This document shows, piece after piece, positions 55,201 through 64,000 of a DNA stretch of 64,000 nt. This stretch comes from Antedon mediterranea (Eukaryota; Animalia; Echinodermata), in assembly GCF_964355755.1 (NCBI RefSeq), contig NC_092674.1, positions 9,300,001-9,364,000 on the forward strand. Reading direction: 5' to 3'. Numbering within the stretch: position 1 is the first letter of the stretch; each line of letters starts with the position of its first letter. The notes beneath the pieces were generated by a model. The model made no database searches, was not told where the DNA came from, and saw nothing but the letters and a program-made list of their open reading frames with translations. The position numbers were made by a program, and so were the translations under genes.

Positions 55201-56592
55201 GAAGGCCATATACATGGCTGCAGTCGATCGCGTGCTCAAGTTAGTGTTTACCGACCAACCGACCGACATAGTGAGCTAGCTGAAAATGAAAAAAATGACA
55301 GTAGTTTTAGATGACATACAACTATTCTATTACCCATAGCACTGTGGTCAGTATTTGGGAAATTTAAGAATAGAAATGTAGGTATATACCTACATTATTA
55401 TAACCAATTTCATTTGCTATGATAATTTTTCTGCAGCGGATGCTTACAACCACTACAGTCTTAGTATGAAATTCCTTGAGGAAGCCTACAATATGGAGCA
55501 TAGTCTGGGACCCCATCGACGAAGCATTGACTATGATGACCTTAAGAAAGAGATAATGGATGTACTCAGTTCACTCCGAAAAGATGAGGATGCCAAAAAT
55601 CTCTGGGAACAACGATTTGCAGTATGAATTTTTTTTTCTAAAGAAAAGTATTTGAAAATAAAATACTGGGGTCAGATTTATCAAACACGCTTAGAAAAAA
55701 AATCCTCTAAACCTGGTTTTAAATATTTTGTTTTAGTCAGTTTACAAATACCCTAAGCAACTATTTGTAAGTTTATTTTCTTAATTCCATAACCTACCGT
55801 GGACTAGTTTGATAAATAAAGCCGTAGTTTTTCTCTTGAGCTTCTTCTTAAAAATCTTGACAACAAGATTGATATATTTTCCGCCAGGCCTGGTGGTATA
55901 AGATGTGACTGACGGGTAAAATAGTTTAAAATTAGCTCAAGGAACTTTTTTCCTTGTTAAATCAAATAATATACAGTACCGTATCACATGTCAAACCATG
56001 ATAACGATACTTTTAATATCCTGTAATTGAAATATACTCTTATCTGCTCACTTGTTAAAACGTGTTCATCGTCGTCGACATTTTAACTAATGAATCCGAA
56101 TTCGGAACATTGCTTTGTGCAAGTTGTTTAAAATTATTATTAAAATAAATTTAGCGGTAAAGTTGTAAAAATAAATCGGCTAATATTTTTCTTACGAAAT
56201 TAACTATACCAATATCAACTGGAAATGTTCTCATTTTTTAATTCTGTAGGCCTACACTCATGATATGATCATGTTCGTTTGTTTTTTAGAAAACCGACCA
56301 ACAAGATACTACTGGAAGTTATTATACGTGTTATGAACATATCGGTGCACCAACGCAACCAACAGAAACCACCAAAGAAGAAGATGATGATGAACCTATG
56401 CAACCAACGCAACCAACAGAAACCACTAAAGAAGAAGAAGATAATGAACCTATGCAACCACATAAATCAACGGATGAAGATGGTGCATCGGTTAAACGTT
56501 CAGAAGGAAGAAAAAAAGGAGGTGATGCTTTAGCAGATAGAAAGAATTGCGCGAGGGCTACGTCGCCTAAAAAAAGAAAATTGGAAAAATAA
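52243..56592 (+). pseudogene. NLR-like DED-STAND-TPR copy 4, frameshifted at ~54300 (stop 54319, 564 aa); exons 52243-52763, 52961-53103, 53289-55128, 55437-55621, 56290-56592
   Basis: 17-nt deletion relative to copy 2 (agttgaatattttgaga); other exons and splice sites intact; last exon ends SPKKRKLEK*. Confidence 0.85.
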
Positions 56593-56624
56593 ATGATGTT
56601 AGGTTGATTTAACGGAGATAAGTT

Positions 56625-57075
56625 AAGAGAAAGGCTTGCATATTTTAAACATATACCAAAAGCAACTTCGCAAAATTATAGGTATCAGGTTCCCAGACAG
56701 GATATCAAACATAAATGTGTATACAGAAGAACAGGAACAAAAACCAATTTCGTTCGTAGTCGACGCAAGATGGAGACTATTCGGTCACATACTCAGACAA
56801 GACCCATGTACACCAGCCAACACAGCAATAAACTATTATTTCAGCCACACTACCAATATAAAATTTCGAGGAAGACCGAGAACCACACTACCAATTGATG
56901 GCAACGACCTACTCACCCTTAATAAGCAGAATACAAACATCAAGTATCCCGGACAATTGAAAACCAAGAAAGACATCAAACAACTAGCCAATGAAAGATT
57001 CGATTGGAAGAAACTGGTAAAAGAGATATACGGAGCAGGCCAAGCGGAAATGTCGGCAGTAATCATCATCATCAT
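56625..57075 (+). mobile_element. RTE-like LINE 3' fragment in the 3'UTR of copy 4
   Basis: LRKIIGIRFPDRISN...RWRLFGHILR...RGRPRTTL; short (atc)n tail; absent in the paralogs. Confidence 0.8.
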
Positions 57076-59785
57076 ACCAAAAATTCACAGAAAGCAAACC
57101 GAACCAAAATATTGATTGAAAAATGATGAAAATAAACTATGAATTAAATTTAAACCAAAACCCGTTGTCTGACCATGGAAGTTAATTTAAATTACGTTTT
57201 AAAATAATTGTTTTAACCTCTATTTGTATGGAAAATGTACCTGTGCCCTAAATCTTCATGATTATTAAATTAGTTTAGTTACTGTAGTTTGTTTTGACAT
57301 ATTTTTTATCAAATTTCATGGCAACAACAAATTCTTAGAACTTTTACGGAATTATTCCAAATGTATTAAATTGTTATAGTCATTGATACACTGTATTTTT
57401 TTTATCGAACATTGTATAAATGCAATATTAATTCAAGGTTATACATTGCATAGGCCTAGATAACTGAGGCCACCGATTAGAAGGAATACGGCCAAGATTT
57501 TGACGGCTTAAAACTAGCTTATTATAAATGTATATAATGCCATTAGTGGGAAATAATATTAATAGCCGCCAAATATAATTTAACATCTTGAAATCTTAAA
57601 TTCTTTTGAATTTCCCATAATCAGTTTAAGTTTCTATTTAAGTATTTAAAAGCTTTATATTTGTGTAGGCCTACAGCATTAAAAGTGCATTTCTATAAAG
57701 GTGTGATGCGACAGAGTACCTACTAATGGAGTGGGGGATAGAGGAGAGTTTAGAGAAGGTGGTGGTTAGGTTTAGTAGAGGTGTCTGTTAACCTGTTAGC
57801 TTCTCCCTTCATTTGCACTTTTTCTAATATGTGTGCCTTTTAAAGTTTAAAAAGGTAAAAAACGCGCCATTTGAATGACCGAAATTCCTGTGATACAGGA
57901 CATATATTTTGGCCCCCCGGTTTACTTCTATTAATTTGTCAAATGTATTGCTATAAGATTACGGCAATATTAGTTTCAAAAGTAGTCACTTGGTAGGCCT
58001 ACATAATAACATAGATAAAAAGTAAAAGAATCAATTAATTTAGTTCCAACATGGAGCTACATGTTTATGGTTTTGTTTTGTGATCTTAGAAAACTTATGA
58101 ATTTCAGCAAGTATTTTTAGGCACTGACATTTCATTCAGTATAAAACGTTTCTTCTCCATGTTCTCATATAAAATAATACTAAATATAAGTGATGAATGA
58201 TAATGAATTTAACATTTATATAATGCAACAATTTCTATTTTAAATCTCTTGTCTTGTTAGTGGTGTTTGTGATTTCATAAAATGAAACTGTTCCAATTTG
58301 TCTTATTTTCTTCTTTCAATATATTATGTATGTTACTTTAAATGCTAAATAAATGTGTAGTGTGTGCAGCTTAAACAGTTGTTTATTTGGTTTGGAACGG
58401 AAAATTATTAAAATAAAAAGGTTCATCGAAATTATAAATTGTTCGATTTCACCGTAAACAACATACGGCAGCAGATCGTGCATACCGTAGCCTAAATCTT
58501 CTAATTGTAACCCTGGGTTTTTATTCTTTGATTGTTTTTTAAGGTGGGTTACTATTAGAAGGGGGGTTACTATTAGAAGGGGGTTACTATTAGAGTGTGG
58601 GTTAGAAGATTTACGGTACTAGGAGGGGAGTGGCGATTTGACGAATATCGTATGGAGCTAGTTCCCTTTCTTCCCATCTGTCATTATTGTAAAAACCATC
58701 CGTAGAATTAAGCCTCATAAGTACTTTTATGACGGACAATAAAATAAAGGGTAACAAATAAATCTTTTAAATTGATGATTTTACAGACGTGTTTCTCGCA
58801 AATTGGTCACATACTACACCCACAGTATTATGATTTTAAAAGTGGATCACATACATACATACTTTACTTTATATAGCAGAAAGATTCCAAAGGAAATGAA
58901 TTTGGTTTCAATATTGTTTGGAACAATATTTATTTGCATTTTTGTTCCATTAAAACAATTTAACAAAAGAAATAAATCAATTGAGGGCAATCAAAACAAA
59001 TATTTATAAATTAAAAATAACAAATAATATGAAACCAAACCTTACATAAATGGATCAGTCAAGTCTATTTGGAATATGTAGTCCTACAAAGTTCCTAAAA
59101 AATAAGCAAATTAATAATTTTAAAGATGAACCTGGCGTTTTTTTAGTACCTATTTAGTCAATTGAAAATTTGTTTAAAACAAAATAAGACTTTTTAAAAA
59201 TGTTTTGAATGACTCTTGTTACAAAAGTGAACACACCTTTTTCCTTTGGATGAGTAATAGCTACCGGTATGAATGATGTATATGCTGGATTGCTGTCGGC
59301 TGCCCTCTATGTTCAACAACTTTAAAGTTAGTCCATGTCCGAAAGTTTAGTAACATCTGCAAGTTAATTTTAAAAACAGTATTATTATAATAAAAAATGG
59401 TATTTCTAGACTAAAAACACAATCAAGTATTATCTAGTACAGAAATATATATTCAAAAAATGGCAGGACAGACATTGAAAACTGTATAATTTCCAGAGTT
59501 TGCCTTTGAATAATTAAAATTTAACATTAACTACAAAAAGTTACTTTCCTACCAGTTTGTAAGTAAAGACTCCAAATGTATTTTTTCTGGTATTTAAGAT
59601 GATCAATAACAGGTTACACTTTCCAGAAAATTTCCTTTTCAGAAGTAAACTAATTTGTATATTTTGACAGCGTGTATTGTATGTAGGCATATTGGAGACG
59701 GACACTGGTATTCCCCAGAAGACCTTGCTGAAGCAATGGCAGACAAAAGCTTATGGAAAACCTAGTCGGTTATTTTCTGGACTAA

Positions 59786-60135
59786 GCAAGTCTTGTGTAT
59801 AGTGGCACTGTGGCTTGGTGGACGACGTGCTTGCAAGTCTTGTGTATTATAGTGGCACTGTGGCTTGGTGGACGACGTGCTTGCAAGTCTTGTGTATTAT
59901 AGTGGCACTGTGGCTTGGTGGACGACGTGCTTGCAAGTCTTGTGTATTATAATGGCACTGTGGCTTGGTGGACGACGTGCTTGCAAGTCTTGTGTATTAT
60001 AGTGGCACTGTGGCTTGGTGGACGACGTGCTTGCAAGTCTTGTGTATTATAGTGGCACTGTGGCTTGGTGGACGACGTGCTTGCAAGTCTTGTGTATTAT
60101 AGTGGCACTGTGGCTTGGTGGACGACGTGCTTGCA
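59786..60135 (+). repeat. 50-bp minisatellite, 7 near-identical units
   Basis: Unit agtggcactgtggcttggtggacgacgtgcttgcaagtcttgtgtattat starting at 59801, 59851 ... 60101. Confidence 0.95.
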
Positions 60136-60203
60136 TAACTTGGTTCAAATCTCGTTACAATTCCAGCATTTTTTCTGACGTTCAAATACATAGCCACTAC
60201 CTA

Positions 60204-60384
60204 AAGCTTGGTTCCCACTAGAACGTAACGCAAGGACGTAAACGCAACGCAAGCGTTTTAACCAATGACAAGCGAAGTTATAGACAGTTAGCAATCGCAA
60301 GCGAATAAGCCATCGCGTGTGATTGGTCAATTCACTTGCGTTGCGTTATGTCATTGTGTTACGTCGCTAGTGGGAACCACGCTT
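60204..60384. mobile_element. Harbinger-like MITE
   Basis: TIRs aagcttggttcccactag / ctagtgggaaccacgctt; the same terminus occurs at ~42719. Confidence 0.7.
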
Positions 60385-60954
60385 TAGCCTCAAGTGAGAC
60401 TTGGTTTACAAACTTCTCATCCAAGAATATGCATGTGTTGTTAAATGGTGTGAAAATAATAACAAATTACAAGTACAGTAAAAGGAACAAAAACGAAATA
60501 CAAGTTATCTCTACCAAATTCCTTTTTTAATATATTATATTTTCTTAGCAAGCAGGCAATAAACAAAGCTCTCAGACGAATACTCTATAAAAAGATAGTG
60601 TATACAAATAGCTATAGAAAATGAGATGTTACTACAATACTGCTATACTTCCAACAACAGATTACACATTCCTGTACATCTAGTGTTCATTTTACAAAGT
60701 GTTTTTTTCTTTGATATCAAAATGATATCAAAATACAATATATAAAAAGTACAATTCACTTTCCCTTAAATTTCAAGCAGGGTTTAACTTTATAACTTTA
60801 AAATTTATTTTCTTCTAATGCTATGCAAATGATGATGATTAAATTCAGTGAAAATGTTTTACGATATCATAAATGGACTAAAAACCATTAAAAATCAGCA
60901 TTTACAGTACCACTAATAAATGTACGAAAAACATGTTACATGACCTCTTTGGAT

Positions 60955-61265
60955 AGCCATGAATATTCATAGCTGAAAGATTACAAATTAAACAAAAGTC
61001 ATGAATATTCATAGATGCAAGTTTACATATTGAACATAAACCATGAATATTCATAAGTGAAAGTTTACATATTTGACATTTATTTCATGAATATTCATAA
61101 TCGTGAAAGTTTACATATTGAACATAATGAATCAAAAATGAAATTTTACATATTGAACGTAACAATTAATATTCATAAGATGTAAGTTCACAAAATGAAC
61201 ATAAGAAAATGAATATTCATTGAAATACGATTACAAATTAAACACATATACATGAATATTCATTG
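60955..61265. repeat. Degenerate ~40-bp repeat containing the palindrome atgaatattcat
   Basis: About 7 units of catgaatattcata...ttacatattgaacat. Confidence 0.7.
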
Positions 61266-61469
61266 CCACTTTAAAAATAAGGACAAATGCAATTTCATAC
61301 GATGTGTTCAAGTACACCCGCCTCCATGACCACCTGTAAAATGAGCATTTATTAGCATATGAAATGGCTATATCTGCATATCAGATGAAATACAATAAAC
61401 ATACGAGATATGATAATCTGCATAATATGTAATATGAAAATTTGCAAGATATCATAATTTACTTAAAGA

Positions 61470-62345
61470 TATGATCATCTGTAATTAAATATAATATGGA
61501 CATCTGCATATGAGATGTCTCACTATACATAGATACATGATCATCTGTATATGTAATATGGACATTTGTATGAGATGTCTCACTATACACATGAGACTTG
61601 ATCATCTGTATATGTAATATGAACATCTGCATGAGATGTCTCGCTATACATATGAGACATGATCATCTGTATATGTAATATGAACATCTGCATGAGATGT
61701 CTCACCATACATATGAGACATGATCATCTGTATATGTAATATGAACATCTGCATGAGATGTCTCACTATACATATGAGACTTGATCATCCGTATATGTAA
61801 TATGAACATCTGCATGAGATGTCTCACCATACATATGAGACATGATCATCTGTATATGTAATATGAACATCTGCATGAGATGTCTCGCTATACATATGAG
61901 ACATGATCATCTGTATATGTAATATGAACATCTGCATGAGATGTCTCACCATACATATGAGACATGATCATCTGTATATGTAATATGAACATCTGCATGA
62001 GATGTCTCACTATACATATGAGACATGATCATCTGTATATGTAATATGAACACCTGCATGAGATGTCTCACTATACATATGAGACATGATCATCTGTATA
62101 TGTAATATGAACATCTGCATGAGATGTCTCACCATACATATGAGACATGATCATCTGTATATGTAATATGAACATCTGCATGAGATGTCTCACTATACAT
62201 ATGAGACTTGATCATCTGTATATGTAATATGAACATCTGCATGAGATGTCTCACTATACATATGAGACATGATCATCTGTATATGTAAAATGATCATCTG
62301 CATATGAGATATAAATATACATAAGAGACATGATCATCTGTATGT
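61470..62345. repeat. 61-bp minisatellite, ~14 units
   Basis: Unit gatcatctgtatatgtaatatgaacatctgcatgagatgtctcactatacatatgagacat; degenerate at the edges. Confidence 0.95.
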
Positions 62346-62536
62346 AACAGATTGAGATCAAATAACATGTATAAGTATATCACTTTAAAACGTCATTAGC
62401 ATATGATCACCTGTATACTCTATAATATATTCAAAATCATTGTTGCAAATATCTTTCTTCTACATACAAAAAGAAATATGATTATGTACATTTTTTGAAA
62501 TACAGTTATTTGCATACAAGTGCCAGTCATAGTATA

Positions 62537-62991
62537 CAGTAGAAAATCGCTATTTAGGAGACATCATTTTAAGGTGACACTTTTCCAGTGTGTTATATTT
62601 TAACACTACAGCCAACCCCTATTTAGGGGCCACTTTTCCAGTGTGTTATATTTTAACACTACAGCCATCCCCTATTTAGGGGCCACTTTTCCAGTGTGTT
62701 ATATTTTAACACTACAGCCAACCCCTATTTAGGGGCCACTTTTCCAGTGTGTTATATTTTAACACTACAGCCAACCCCTATTTAGGGGCCACTTTTCCAG
62801 TGTGTTATATTTTAACACTACAGCCAACCCCTATTTAGGGGCCACTTTTCCAGTGTGTTATATTTTAACACTACAGCCAACCCCTATTTAGGGGCCACTT
62901 TTCCAGTGTGTTATATTTTAACACTACAGCCATCCCCTATTTAGGGGCCACTTTTTGGCCCGGCAGATGTCCCCTTGATAGTGTTCTACTG
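62537..62991. mobile_element. Tc1/mariner-type MITE carrying a 53-bp x7 internal minisatellite
   Basis: ta|cagtagaa ... ttctactg|ta; unit cacttttccagtgtgttatattttaacactacagccaacccctatttaggggc at 62578-62955. Confidence 0.8.
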
Positions 62992-64000
62992 TATTTCTTA
63001 AGTCTCATAATGCCATCGTAAATTATATTGAAGGTAAAATTAAACTTATAAAAAGTAATGAAATTGTTAATGTTACAAGATTAAAGCAGAATACATAGAC
63101 TTAAAACTAAAAGTAACGAACATTGTGAGCCAAAAACTAAAAAAAAATAAATGTAATGGTCCAATGCAGAAAAAATATGTATGTATTTTGCATTAGCTAG
63201 CTCTCTCCTCCGCTGGATTTGACACATTTCATAGATTGTTCAGATAATTTTAAAGGTATATTTCATTTCAATTACAACTTGGTGATTTCCTCTACAACAA
63301 AAATATTTGAAAAAATAAAAGCAAAACTCATAATCGACTAGAATGTATGTTGATTCCCACATACACTTGACACAATCGAACTCGTATCATACTACACACA
63401 TTCGGTCTCTCTCACACGCAGCAATTACTAGTTTGCGAAAAGAAACATGCACAAAAATTCTTAAATGCAACACAATTATTTATGTTGCCAAGAATAATTG
63501 AAACACCTTCTTATTATCAAGTTTGAACTGTTGAGCTGGTCCCCTGTCAACTTGTCCACAGCCTATGACATCATCATCAGCAGCATCATTTAAATATCAT
63601 GCATAATTCATTACCTTACTTATCATAGCAACCAGCCTGTGGTATATTTAATATGATACATTGCTTAAAAAACGTACAATAAAATAATATCAACATTTAT
63701 AAAATCAATTAATTTGTATCCAAATTATTTAAAGGGTCATCATACATATAATTAAGGCTTTGATGCCAAAATATTTATTTTCGGTAGATCTGAAAAATCA
63801 CTTTTCGTTCATTTTTTTTAGTAATATATCTAACATTCATATAAAACTACAAATATCTATTCACTTCTTTATACAGTAATAATAAATATATACAATGGCT
63901 ATACAACAGAAGACAGTGTGGTATATGTTTAAATGCTATTGGTATCCATATGTATTTTATCAGATTTTAAACAACAGTTGTTGGCAAATCATCTGCCTGA

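Noticed and set aside
59786-62955. CRISPR-like regular arrays
   Set aside because: Whole units repeat with no unique spacers; no cas genes; eukaryotic context.
61295-63640. Exon-like minus-strand segments (VVMEAGVLEHIV* near 61296-61334; others at 63190-63640)
   Set aside because: Could be the 3' end of a gene outside the window, but no consistent spliced frame or recognisable protein could be built.

Overview
AT-rich, intron-containing animal DNA; a marine invertebrate such as an echinoderm is an inference from the repeat types and DED families. The left end holds the first four coding exons of MED14 (minus strand). Most of the window is a cluster of four paralogous five-coding-exon genes encoding DED + NB-ARC-like STAND NTPase + TPR (NLR-like) proteins: copy 1 on the minus strand, copies 2-4 in tandem on the plus strand. 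There is also a relict fifth promoter/non-coding exon 1 and an unrelated truncated DED exon. The main finding comes from splicing the short terminal exons, which the ORF track shows only partly or not at all. Copies 1 and 2 end in CaaX prenylation motifs (CCIA*, CYVA*). Copy 3 keeps CYVA behind a premature stop. In copy 4 a ~25-nt deletion re-reads the CaaX codons as an NLS-like SPKKRKLEK*, and copy 4 also has a 17-nt frameshifting deletion before the TPRs. The paralogs show signs of gene conversion (135 identical nt over the P-loop) and mosaicism. The rest is nested transposable elements (foldback, hAT, Helitron-like, Kolobok-like, Harbinger and Tc/mariner MITEs; tRNA-, CORE- and 5S-derived SINEs; RTE and other LINE remnants) and minisatellites. 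All calls were made by eye; no searches were run.
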